A stretch of 64,000 bases of DNA from an uncultured virus (IMG/VR IMGVR_UViG_3300022555_000012) (IMGVR_UViG_3300022555_000012); one strand, 5' to 3'; counted from the stretch's first letter, positions 34,343 to 43,058 are shown. Notes: generated by a model not told the origin, from the sequence alone. Translations and numbers: made by a program.

Positions 34343-34418
34343 TGGAGCCGACAGTGGAAATCGAATCCACGACCTTCTCATTACCAATGAGATGCTCTAC
34401 CAACTGAGCTATGACGGC
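34343..34418 (-). tRNA. tRNA-Thr(GGT)
   Basis: TCTCA-TTGGTAA-TGAGA; CCA. Confidence 0.93.
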
Positions 34419-34454
34419 ATTATACTCCCTGGGAACCCAAGGAGACAAAACTTT

Positions 34455-35501
34455 TTACAACCAGAACCGGGTCCAGGAGAATTCACCGTGTTTCGGGTGA
34501 ACAAACCAGGCCGTCTGATGAGGATTCGAATGACGACCCTCACTATGGTCATTGGCATCCGTCCCGGACAACGATCCACCAATCATCCAGTCCTGTTGAT
34601 TGATAGCCGAATGGAAATGCCCCAGAACCATCTTGTGATGCCTCTTGGACTCATCCATATGGAAACGAGCAATAGCCTCACGACCTTTCTTCCGCTCAAT
34701 CCCATACCACGGAATGCCCATCTGACCGATGATCCCGTGTCCATGCCCACAGAGATACTTGGTATTCTGCACCTTTACGATGACTGATGCCACCGGGTGA
34801 ATGATTACCTTCACATTACTGCATCTCGAAACATACTCACTTGCGATATGTGCCGTGATGTAGCCAAAATTATTGAATCCACCCTGACTCTTCTGAGGCT
34901 TCTTCGTCAACCTTCCGTGATTATCCAGGGTCACAATCTCTGCCCTGACCGTCTCAAAGTGCTGACTCAATACCCGTAAGAACTCTCCAATCAGATACCC
35001 AGCCTTGACCGACTGCACCGGGGAAGGGAACTCATTGGTTACTAATAGTTCGGGATGAATGTCTCCCGAGATATAATCCCCTGTCCCGAGAACCACACAC
35101 TCATTGATTGTATAGGCTGAACGATTCGCCACTGTCCAATCAATCAATTTCTTGGCAAGAGTCGCCATTCTTTCAGTCGCCAGCTTGAAGTTGAATTCTC
35201 CGAACCCTTCGATCTCACTCGGCTCCGTCTTCTGCCCGATGTGAAGATCTGTCAACTGAACAACCAAACTCGCGACCGACTTCCCGGCCTTCTTTGCCGG
35301 CTTATAAAGAAAGACAGGGGGAACTGCCACTTCAATCTCATCCTTCAATTCCTGAACAATCTCGGATTGTTCTCCATCAGCCTTGCGACTTGAATCAATA
35401 ATTCCCTGAAGCCGGCGATTCTCATCACGAAGATGTTGTAATTGAGGCTCACTCAAAACGTTTTCCAACATCTCTCTTACAGACAGTTTTTTCGAACTCA
35501 T
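34455..35501 (-). CDS. calcineurin-like phosphoesterase
   Basis: TDLHIG, GDYISG, DNHGR, HGH and GHFH motifs. Confidence 0.8.
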   Translation of the reverse strand: MSSKKLSVREMLENVLSEPQLQHLRDENRRLQGIIDSSRKADGEQSEIVQELKDEIEVAVPPVFLYKPAKKAGKSVASLVVQLTDLHIGQKTEPSEIEGFGEFNFKLATERMATLAKKLIDWTVANRSAYTINECVVLGTGDYISGDIHPELLVTNEFPSPVQSVKAGYLIGEFLRVLSQHFETVRAEIVTLDNHGRLTKKPQKSQGGFNNFGYITAHIASEYVSRCSNVKVIIHPVASVIVKVQNTKYLCGHGHGIIGQMGIPWYGIERKKGREAIARFHMDESKRHHKMVLGHFHSAINQQDWMIGGSLSGTDANDHSEGRHSNPHQTAWFVHPKHGEFSWTRFWL

Positions 35502-35933
35502 CAGGTTCCCCTTATTTTCTTGGCTTGTGCCACATTCTTCGTTGTAGACCAGTAAAGAACATTATCAATTTTGAAAATGTTATCATGGAAAGTCCCGGTG
35601 TCTTTACCGAGATTGAAATCTGCCGGACTAAGTCCAGTCAATCTCCGGAATTCATGTTCTGGATGAAAAGCATCCTCACAATGCTGCTTAATCGTATCAC
35701 GAATGACTTTAGGAAAATCCAACTTATGAAGAAACTCACCAACTTTTATCCCCTTGATGTCCTTCAAATCCATACTTCTTGTCAGTTCGTGCAAACTTCT
35801 CACCGGCTTATTCGCCAGCCCCGTCTTCTCCAACCATCCCCTCACCTGAGAAGGTGTCAGACCTGTCATCTGAGCCAACAGTGTTCTTCCAGCATCGGGA
35901 TACTTTGCCTTTGCATCAGCAAGCCTAGACTCG

Positions 35934-36434
35934 TCATTTTTTGTCATTTTTAAGGCCTTTCTTAGAAAGTATCTTCGGCATATCATCCAACTCTTTCGGA
36001 AGTATCCCCAGTTTAATACGTTCCAAAGTCTCAATATAACTCATCACATTCCAGGCCCATGCTCCTGCGTGATTCTCGGATTCGTCCCCGGACATTACCT
36101 GATTCCCGTGTCTCATCGCCGAATCATAGAACCGAGATAACGGAATCCCCTTCTCCCAGTTCCTCTCACGCCCCCTGCCACCCTCTTCATAATGATTCGC
36201 AAGAACCTGTAATGCCAATGGTGGAATCAAATCAAATCGTCCTTTACCATTCCTATCAGATCGTTGTGCTCCGGAAGTATGAAGAACAATCGGCTCTTTC
36301 TTTACTTCAACTTCGACCTTCTCACATTCGGCACCATTGTCACATCCACCCTTACACTGATGGGTAAATTCATGGATTTCAAGATGTTTACACTTGGATG
36401 AACTGTTACAGGGCTTGCTGCATTTGACTTTCAT
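35934..36434 (-). CDS. dATP/dGTP diphosphohydrolase (DUF5664-like)
   Basis: GKGRFDLIPP...RNWEKGIP...DSAMRH...ENH...AWN. Confidence 0.8.
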   Translation of the reverse strand: MKVKCSKPCNSSSKCKHLEIHEFTHQCKGGCDNGAECEKVEVEVKKEPIVLHTSGAQRSDRNGKGRFDLIPPLALQVLANHYEEGGRGRERNWEKGIPLSRFYDSAMRHGNQVMSGDESENHAGAWAWNVMSYIETLERIKLGILPKELDDMPKILSKKGLKNDKK

Positions 36435-36835
36435 TTTGGATAACTCCCTGGAGGCAACTTATTGATATCCTTGTTGATCATTAAATCAGCCCAGGCCTTC
36501 ATTTCTACCAAATCTGTAAATATCGGGATGTGTTCCTCTTCGGCGATTTTCTTCTCAGCCAGTGACCCGGTTGAATTCTCCCATCCAGGTATCATGAACA
36601 GAGCATCAGCGGACCTGAGCCAAGCCACACAGTAATTATAAACATCCTGAATTTGTGGAACCGGCCGGACTCGCTTTACGAATGTGTAATCACAGAACAC
36701 CGGGAAGGGGGAAAATCCCAATTGGAATATCTTTGCTGTCCAGGACTCTCCATTGTCTATGTTGGCCAAGGTATGAAGCATATTCACACCATGAATGGGT
36801 CCAGCCACATAAACTTTAATATCTCGTCTTGTCAT
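36431..36835 (-). CDS. DUF4406 / nucleoside deoxyribosyltransferase-like protein
   Basis: VYVAGP...WL..ADALF.IPGWENSTGS..E...A. Confidence 0.7.
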   Translation of the reverse strand: MTRRDIKVYVAGPIHGVNMLHTLANIDNGESWTAKIFQLGFSPFPVFCDYTFVKRVRPVPQIQDVYNYCVAWLRSADALFMIPGWENSTGSLAEKKIAEEEHIPIFTDLVEMKAWADLMINKDINKLPPGSYPK

Positions 36836-37184
36836 TCTCTATTCCTAACACTAAGACCACTACACTAACGAGTTAAATATAAAACAATTATGGAACAACT
36901 GAATCTTCATCTCGAACCTTGATCGTCCCTTTAGGCTTAAAACCCTCACATCTCCCGTCATCTCCTATCTTAGCCTTAGACGAAACACTACACTTCCTAA
37001 ATCTGTTCCACTCACAATTACCACTGTTACAATCAATCTCCGACCAGTCTCGGCTCAGGAATGGAAACCTATCATTGTGAGGCATTAACCCGTGCCTATG
37101 CGTCTCATATTTGTCACATGCTCCGGCCATACATTACCCCTATACTATAGTGTTTACAATACAATTATATGGACTTTCTATCTA

Positions 37185-37207
37185 TGGTCTGACTGGAGGG
37201 ATTTGAA
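37185..37207 (-). pseudogene. 3' end of disrupted tRNA-Pro
   Basis: TTCAAAT-CCCTC-CAGTCAG-ACCA; acceptor pairs 6/7 with CTGACAG at 38062-38068. Confidence 0.75.
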
Positions 37208-37252
37208 ATTCATAATTCTTTTATATTCTTCCCTATGTGAGGAGATCATACA

Positions 37253-37942
37253 ATGCAACCCCTATACACAGAAGAAGAATTTGGGAATGCCAAATCCCGT
37301 CAACCTCTTCCCTTGAAATGTATTCATTGCCATAAGACATTCCATCGTCCAAAAAATAAAATTCAACTATCTCTCATTCCGAATCACAAAGGAGGATATA
37401 CTCACAATTACTGTTCCGCATCTTGTCAAAGACTTCATCAAAATCCGAAAGTTTTCGTAAAATGTGAATTTTGCAATAAGAAATTTACTAAACTCCCAAA
37501 TCAGATTAAAACAACGAAACACAACTTCTGTGATAAATCCTGTGCCGCCAAATACAACAATTCCCACAAAACTAAAGGAAATCGCATCTCTAAACTCGAA
37601 CTATGGCTCCAAGAACAACTCCCTATCCTCTACCCATCACTTGAATTTCACTTCAATCGTAAAGATGCTATCAACGGAGAACTCGACATATACATTCCTT
37701 CTCTCAAACTTGCCTTTGAATTGAATGGCATCTTCCACTATGAACCAATCTATGGCCCTGAAAAACTTTCCTCAATTCAAAACAATGATCTCCGTAAATC
37801 CCAGGCCTGTCTCGAACACAACATCGAACTCTGCCTGATTGATGTGTCCCATCAAATATACTTTAAGGAACAAACCTCTCTTAAATTTCTTAAAATCATC
37901 CAAGAAGTCATAAATATTAAAACTATCAGAATTTCGGAGTGA
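37253..37942 (+). CDS. Zn-finger repeat + Vsr/DUF559-like homing-type endonuclease (the only convincing + strand gene)
   Basis: CxxC/FC..SC repeats; SKLE...ELDIYIPSLKLAFELNGIFHY...D..K; RBS GAGGAG. Confidence 0.85.
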   Translation: MQPLYTEEEFGNAKSRQPLPLKCIHCHKTFHRPKNKIQLSLIPNHKGGYTHNYCSASCQRLHQNPKVFVKCEFCNKKFTKLPNQIKTTKHNFCDKSCAAKYNNSHKTKGNRISKLELWLQEQLPILYPSLEFHFNRKDAINGELDIYIPSLKLAFELNGIFHYEPIYGPEKLSSIQNNDLRKSQACLEHNIELCLIDVSHQIYFKEQTSLKFLKIIQEVINIKTIRISE

Positions 37943-38006
37943 CAGGCATCGAACCTGCAACCTTATGGTCCCAAACCACACGCTCTACCATTTGAGCTAC
38001 ACTCCG
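37934..38006 (-). tRNA. tRNA-Pro(TGG), intact replacement copy, no encoded CCA
   Basis: TGTGG-TTTGGGA-CCATA; acceptor CGGAGTG/CACTCCG. Confidence 0.9.
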
Positions 38007-38021
38007 GTCTTTTTATAAAAA

Positions 38022-38068
38022 TCCCTTGGTCCCAGGCCAAGTGCGATACCAGGCTTCGCTACTGTCAG
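38022..38068 (-). pseudogene. 5' two-thirds of disrupted tRNA-Pro(TGG)
   Basis: CTGACAG-TAGCGAAGCCTGGTATCGCA-CTTGG-CCTGGGA-CCAAG-GGA. Confidence 0.8.
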
Positions 38069-38084
38069 AATTTAACTACAAAAA

Positions 38085-38161
38085 TGGTGCCGAAAGAGGG
38101 AGTCGAACCCACGACCTTATCCTTATGAAGGATCTGCTCTGACCAACTGAGCTACATCGGC
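38085..38161 (-). tRNA. tRNA with CAT anticodon (Met or Ile2)
   Basis: GATCC-TTCATAA-GGATA; CCA. Confidence 0.88.
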
Positions 38162-38230
38162 ATTAATAAACGATTGATTATCAACAATTATTAATAACCT
38201 GCATTGATAATCAATGCCTCATTAATAACT

Positions 38231-38307
38231 TGGTGGACTTTACAGAACTCGAATCTGCGACCTTTTCCATGTCAAGGAAACGCTCTAACCAACTGAGCTA
38301 AAAGTCC
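38231..38307 (-). tRNA. tRNA-Val(GAC)
   Basis: TTTCC-TTGACAT-GGAAA; CCA. Confidence 0.92.
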
Positions 38308-38587
38308 AACTCTCTCACCTCATACAGTAATACTTCCCGGTCACACAGTGGAGTCTGTAATACTCCATGAAATCCATATAACTCTCGGCCCACTGATTCT
38401 TCTCATCCTCACTCAAACTCGTCCAATACCGATCTAAATCATTCGGATGTTGAACAGGCTTTCTTTTCCGCCGGCCTAAATTCTTGCAATACTTCTCATT
38501 ATACTCTCTGGCCGTACAAATCTCTTCAGCGTAATCTCTGCCCTTAAGCAACTCCTGTTTTCATTTTAGTCTCCTTGTTATTCCCTA

Positions 38588-38682
38588 TGTTCACAAAAAC
38601 ACAATGTTCACTGATTCATGAACAAGCCTCTTTTCGTGAACATCCTTGTTCACTTTTTCAACTTGTTCAACGAAACTGAACA
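38588..38682. repeat. cluster of seven TGTTCA/TGAACA hexamers
   Basis: Copies at 38588, 38605, 38619, 38637, 38647, 38664 and 38677, in mixed orientation. Confidence 0.7.
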
Positions 38683-38813
38683 AAAGAATACGGTCTTATT
38701 GCGTACTCGTCGAATCGGTATATCTACCGGCGGCGGGGCATCGAGTTGACCTAACAGCAGGACCATACTGCGTCCAATATGGCTTACACCGCTTCACCTG
38801 CATATTCTTTGGA

Positions 38814-39521
38814 TTACATCTTTCTACGACGAGTTTCTTCCCATTCCTCTCTTTCAAATCCGAATATTTCCTGAATTGCTCCAAGAATTTTCTGTATCAC
38901 ATCTGTTCTAAATACTTTTAAATAACAAACACCATATGGCTTTCTGCCCTTCTTTTTCCCATATCCGTCTTTTCTTATTATATCAATCTGACTTTTACGA
39001 AGAGATGATTCTTCCAATCCTAACACATTCAACCAATCCAGTTTAGCATCATCAAACGTGATCCCGTTTCCCGAGTAGAATTTCAAATGAATGGATATCT
39101 CATCATTTCTAATCTCGAAATATTTCCTGAGAAATCCAATAAAGAATCTCATCATTGCCTTATCTGTGTTACAAAATTCAACAGAATTTGCATTCTTATA
39201 TCCCTCGGCCCAATACAGTGAACATCCCAAAGCAAAGTCACATTCATTCGTCTTTTTATACATTTCTTTCCCCAGGGATTGCCATTCAACCCTTTTCTTT
39301 AAGGCATTCTCACTCCTGGCAACTGACCCTTTCCCTTGGCATCCAACTTTCGGAACACGAGCGTCTAATTCTGCCCTTTGATCCACCGTGAGAATTATAT
39401 CTCTTACCCATACACTAATTGACGCCTTTGAAACTCCGGTAATGCTTACAATCTCTTTTACAGACTTTCCCTCACCACGAAGTCTTCTTGCCTCGGCCTT
39501 TTCTTTTTCTTTCTTTATCAT
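38814..39521 (-). CDS. HTH + LAGLIDADG-like endonuclease
   Basis: N-terminal HTH; GCSLYWAEG helix; EFCNTD. Confidence 0.65.
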   Translation of the reverse strand: MIKKEKEKAEARRLRGEGKSVKEIVSITGVSKASISVWVRDIILTVDQRAELDARVPKVGCQGKGSVARSENALKKRVEWQSLGKEMYKKTNECDFALGCSLYWAEGYKNANSVEFCNTDKAMMRFFIGFLRKYFEIRNDEISIHLKFYSGNGITFDDAKLDWLNVLGLEESSLRKSQIDIIRKDGYGKKKGRKPYGVCYLKVFRTDVIQKILGAIQEIFGFEREEWEETRRRKM

Positions 39522-39581
39522 CCGAACCTCCTTATGTGTTTACCCTACACCTATGGTTCAAATATAAAGAAATTATTGCAT

Positions 39582-39658
39582 TGGCGTCTCCACCGGGGCT
39601 CGAACCCGGAATCTTGACCTTGAGAGGGTCATGTCCTAACCAATTAGACGATGGAGAC
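39582..39658 (-). tRNA. tRNA-Glu(CTC)
   Basis: TGACC-CTCTCAA-GGTCA; CCA. Confidence 0.93.
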
Positions 39659-39666
39659 AAAATAAC

Positions 39667-39734
39667 GAGAGGTACTCTATCCTTTAAGCTATTCCTTCTT
39701 GCGAAGGTTCTGGATTCGAACCAGGCCCCCTCTC
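39667..39734 (-). ncRNA. circularly permuted tRNA-like element A
   Basis: GAGAGG / T-arm CCTGG-TTCGAAT-CCAGA / CCTTC-GCAA-GAAGG / D-arm TAGCTTAAAGGATAGAGTA / CCTCTC. Confidence 0.8.
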
Positions 39735-39736
39735 TG

Positions 39737-39813
39737 TGGTCGGAGAAACAGGATTTGAACCTGCGACCCTTTCGTCCCGAACGAAATGCTCTACCAGTCT
39801 GAGCTATTCTCCG
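39737..39813 (-). tRNA. tRNA-Pro(CGG)
   Basis: TTTCG-TTCGGGA-CGAAA; CCA. Confidence 0.93.
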
Positions 39814-39816
39814 AAT

Positions 39817-40479
39817 TTAAACTACTGCGATACATCCCGCAGCCTTACATGCGAGTGCCATCTTCTCCTCATACTCTTTCTTCTCTCTCGGCTTCACTTC
39901 CCAGGGATATACCTCTGGACTCTCCATCCCCAAACACCCTGAATATGCCTGATAAACATCATCACTATCTACATTCTTTGCCGAAATCCAACCACTAAAT
40001 AAATCCTCATTAATCCTGTATCCCGGCTTATCTCCAAACCACTTAATCGGAACCGCCGGATACTTCAACATCCTCTTGATCTCATCCAAACTCATAAACC
40101 GAATGACCATCCCCGATTCCGAGATCATCCGATTCGCCATGAAGATCGGCTTACCCTTCTTCACACATCTTTCCAGATCCAACTGTTTCAGAGTGAAGAA
40201 ATCAGAATCCTTATCCTTCGTCTTGAATTCCAACTCAATCGTCATCCGGCCAAAGAACATCCTGGCATCACCTGTGATATCCTCGAATCTATCATAAATA
40301 GCGTCATCAGTCTCCCATTCCATTCCACGAAATCCCCTTGCAATCATTCTCCGGCAATTCTGAAACTGATCCAATAACTTCTGTCCCAGAAATCCTTGAA
40401 GCCTGATCCCATTGACAATATCTTCCCGGAACTTATCCTTGGATCTGATATCACGACGATGTTCTTCATTATCACTCAT
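39817..40479 (-). CDS. hypothetical protein (likely start MSDNEEH), possible PD-(D/E)XK fold
   Basis: ORF with GD...ELEFK motif; the longer upstream extension overlaps structured RNA. Confidence 0.55.
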   Translation of the reverse strand: MSDNEEHRRDIRSKDKFREDIVNGIRLQGFLGQKLLDQFQNCRRMIARGFRGMEWETDDAIYDRFEDITGDARMFFGRMTIELEFKTKDKDSDFFTLKQLDLERCVKKGKPIFMANRMISESGMVIRFMSLDEIKRMLKYPAVPIKWFGDKPGYRINEDLFSGWISAKNVDSDDVYQAYSGCLGMESPEVYPWEVKPREKKEYEEKMALACKAAGCIAVV

Positions 40480-40493
40480 ATCTGCCTCAAATA

Positions 40494-40681
40494 GTGTCAA
40501 GTGGGATTTGAACCCACATTCTCCCCTGCCGAACTCGACGTTCATCGGGGACGAGCTATTCCCAATCCTGCCATGCAGGATTTCTTCCCTACACCACTCT
40601 CCGGAACACCGCCCCAGCACCCTGTGGATGCCTTAATTTGGGCTGTCCTCGCCGGTATTCATTCCCGGTTGCTCTATTGAC
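40494..40681 (-). ncRNA. long structured RNA ending in a tRNA T-arm
   Basis: GTGGG-TTCAAAT-CCCAC-TTGAC can pair to GTCAA right after the tRNA-Ala CCA; internal AATCCTGC/GCAGGATT and TCCCC/GGGGA stems. Confidence 0.45.
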
Positions 40682-40756
40682 TGGTGGAGCGTAGGAGACT
40701 TGAACTCCTACTTCCTCGTTGCGAACGAGAGGTGCTACCATTATCACTAACGCCCC
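40682..40756 (-). tRNA. tRNA-Ala(CGC), intact replacement copy
   Basis: TCTCG-TTCGCAA-CGAGG; G3.U70 pair; CCA. Confidence 0.9.
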
Positions 40757-41286
40757 AATCTATTCTTTCTATGTTTCCGGCCATTACCACGATTCAAATT
40801 TCCATATGTCGGTGTAATTGAATGACAACAAGGACATATAAATTCGAGATTTTCAGGTCTATGTCGTTCTGGATTTCCGTCCTTATGATGTGCCGTTAAT
40901 GGAACCCTCCCAGTTACAGGATTTACCATCGACCAATTACATCTTTCTCCACTCGGAAGTATCGCCTCGCAAGTCCCCCCGGATCTTTCAAATAACCATC
41001 TCCGAACGTGTTCTGAAATTATACTACTGTTTCCTCCAGGAATTTCTCCATTCAACCACTTTCGGATAAACTCATCATACTGATATTGCAACTGACAATC
41101 CGTATCACAAAACTTTCGAGAACTCTTTATCGTTATCAATTCACCACAAGAAAGACAATTAATCCTTATTTTACCCGTTCCTTTTCGATTATTGTTATGA
41201 GTTGCCGAACAAACCCTACAACAAAATACTTGGTCCGCTCTCTTAGGACTAAAAGTATCCTTGCAATTCAAACAGATTTTTTCCAT
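40747..41286 (-). CDS. HNH homing endonuclease
   Basis: PLTAHHKDGNPERHRPENLEFICPCCHS; Cys-rich N-terminal repeats. Confidence 0.85.
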   Translation of the reverse strand: MEKICLNCKDTFSPKRADQVFCCRVCSATHNNNRKGTGKIRINCLSCGELITIKSSRKFCDTDCQLQYQYDEFIRKWLNGEIPGGNSSIISEHVRRWLFERSGGTCEAILPSGERCNWSMVNPVTGRVPLTAHHKDGNPERHRPENLEFICPCCHSITPTYGNLNRGNGRKHRKNRLGR

Positions 41287-41347
41287 ATATCCTCCAGCGT
41301 TTCTAAAACTCTACCGCTTTCGAGATTTATGGTCAATGTCTATTTCA

Positions 41348-41381
41348 GAACGTAGTGCTCTACCAAGTGAGCTACTTCCCC
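41348..41381 (-). pseudogene. 5' half of disrupted tRNA-Ala, broken after the first anticodon base (C)
   Basis: GGGGAAG-TAGCTCACTTGGTAGAGCA-CTACG-TTC, then non-tRNA sequence. Confidence 0.82.
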
Positions 41382-41479
41382 AGTAAACAATGCAGGCGAA
41401 GGTTTTTGTATTATTCTGGCTTTAACCTTCACACGCAGGATCAGATCTTTCAACCTGCCAGCACCCCGTGACCTACATT

Positions 41480-41555
41480 TGGTGGAGAAGACCGGGATCG
41501 AACCGGCCACCCTCACAATGCCATTGTGATGCTCTACCAGATGAGCTACTTCCCC
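41480..41555 (-). tRNA. tRNA-Ala(GGC)
   Basis: TCACA-ATGGCAT-TGTGA; G3.U70 pair; CCA. Confidence 0.92.
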
Positions 41556-41896
41556 AAAACCTTATCACCCTTCTTCTGATTACACGGATAACACGCGATC
41601 ACAATGTTCTTCGGGTCCAACTCCGGTCCACCCCTTGACTTCGGGATCACATGATCCAATGTCGCCAACTTCCTCATCTGTGCCTTCGTTGCATCATCGG
41701 GAACCTCTGGAACCAGCCCTGTCGCCTTACAGTAGTAACAAACCAAGTCACCTACCTCTGCCATCGCCTTATTCAGATGAGCCTCCCTGAAGGCTACCCA
41801 GGTCGCTCTCTCTTGTTCCTGGAGTTTCCTCACCAACAATACCCTGGCCGCCATTGAATGAGGATGTGGGTCCTCTACCCTTACTCTGTGTCTCAT
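41546..41896 (-). CDS. small HNH endonuclease
   Basis: CYYC...ATLDHVIPKSRGG....NIVIACYPCNQKKG. Confidence 0.85.
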   Translation of the reverse strand: MRHRVRVEDPHPHSMAARVLLVRKLQEQERATWVAFREAHLNKAMAEVGDLVCYYCKATGLVPEVPDDATKAQMRKLATLDHVIPKSRGGPELDPKNIVIACYPCNQKKGDKVLGK

Positions 41897-41914
41897 TATG
41901 TCCTCTAAAATAAC

Positions 41915-41995
41915 GCCCGACGCTCTTACATTTTCTGAGCTACCCTGCGATTACTTGGTCGCAGAGATAGGATTTTGTACCTATGACCTTCGGAC
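41915..41995 (-). ncRNA. circularly permuted tRNA-like element B (initiator-Met-like halves, internal ACCA)
   Basis: GTCCGA-AGGTC-ATAGG-TACAAAAT-CCTAT-CTCTGCG-ACCA-AGTAAT-CGCAGGG-TAGCTCAG...GAGCG-TCGGGC. Confidence 0.75.
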
Positions 41996-41997
41996 TC

Positions 41998-42073
41998 TGG
42001 TGGAGATTACGGGGATCGAACCCGTCACCCCTAGCTTGCAAAGCTAGTGCTCTACCAAATGAGCTAAACCCCC
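41998..42073 (-). tRNA. tRNA-Ala(TGC)
   Basis: CTAGC-TTTGCAA-GCTAG; CCA. Confidence 0.93.
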
Positions 42074-42378
42074 AAACTATCTACTTCTGCCTTCAAACCT
42101 GCTGCCGTCAACTCACTCACATGCTTCACGGCCTTCTCGTGATCCTCAACCTGGGCAATCGTCTTCCCAGTCTTATGAGCATCCAACGTAATCTTGTCAG
42201 CCATTCCCTCGGAATAACTGAACACTTGCATAAGTGTCTGAACCACATGCTGATAAGTGTTATGATCATCATCAAATAGAATGACCTGACACTGTTCTCC
42301 GGAATCAAAGATTCTGTGATCAAGTAACGGATGAACTTCATCCAATCTTCCGGTTCTCTTTATAACAGTGGTGCTCAT
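42064..42378 (-). CDS. clpS: ATP-dependent Clp protease adaptor ClpS-like
   Basis: VILFDDDHNTYQHVVQTL..VF.....A..IT..AH..G. Confidence 0.85.
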   Translation of the reverse strand: MSTTVIKRTGRLDEVHPLLDHRIFDSGEQCQVILFDDDHNTYQHVVQTLMQVFSYSEGMADKITLDAHKTGKTIAQVEDHEKAVKHVSELTAAGLKAEVDSLGV

Positions 42379-42430
42379 AAAAACATTATACTCCACAAAG
42401 TGTTTGGATTGAAAAAAAGAATTGGAGGAA

Positions 42431-42603
42431 TGAGGAAGAGGCAACGAGATTGCGAGTAAGACTTGGTGTTCTTACCCCCGGAATCTACCCCTCGGCCAAG
42501 GGATCTCCCAGGACTGGGCCGTAGCCCATACATTGACCATCTGTCACCGCACTCTCGAATGCCAATGAGCCTTTTCAGACTCTGCATTCATACTACTTCC
42601 TCA
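42431..42603 (-). ncRNA. candidate structured ncRNA (~170 nt)
   Basis: TGAGGAAG/CTTCCTCA closing stem; GAGAGTGCG/CGCAATCTC inner stem. Confidence 0.4.
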
Positions 42604-42649
42604 ACTAATTCGCGTCAATCACAAAAACTGAGGTTTTTTTTACAGAAAT

Positions 42650-42724
42650 TGGCAGGACGATTGGGAGTCGAACCCAACTCACAGATTTTGGAGATCTGGG
42701 CACCGCCACGTATACCTTCGTCCT
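42650..42724 (-). tRNA. tRNA-Trp(CCA), atypical D-arm
   Basis: CAGAT-CTCCAAA-ATCTG; acceptor AGGACGA/TCGTCCT; CCA. Confidence 0.85.
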
Positions 42725-42763
42725 ATCTATCAGTTTCGTATCAAAAACTATCAAATTGATAAT

Positions 42764-42839
42764 TGGAGCCGGAGGTCGGGGTCGAACCGACGACTTTCTG
42801 ATTACAAATCAGATACTCTGCCAACTGAGTTACACCGGC
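42764..42839 (-). tRNA. tRNA-Thr(TGT)
   Basis: TCTGA-TTTGTAA-TCAGA; CCA. Confidence 0.93.
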
Positions 42840-42980
42840 GAAAATGATGCTTGCCCCAGATATTACTGAGATACTTCAGGGGATTACAAACCTCCTATAC
42901 AGCACATAGATAGTCCGCGAAACCGTCCATGGTCAAATTCAGCCCCCGTAAATCGGGTTCTCCTTATCCTAAACAAGCGT

Positions 42981-43055
42981 TGGCGGGTTGTACGGGAATC
43001 GAACCCGTCTAATCAGATCGACAATCTGACACACTAACCGATGTGCTAACAACCC
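42981..43055 (-). tRNA. tRNA-Asp(GTC)
   Basis: TCAGA-TTGTCGA-TCTGA; CCA. Confidence 0.92.
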
Positions 43056-43058
43056 AAA

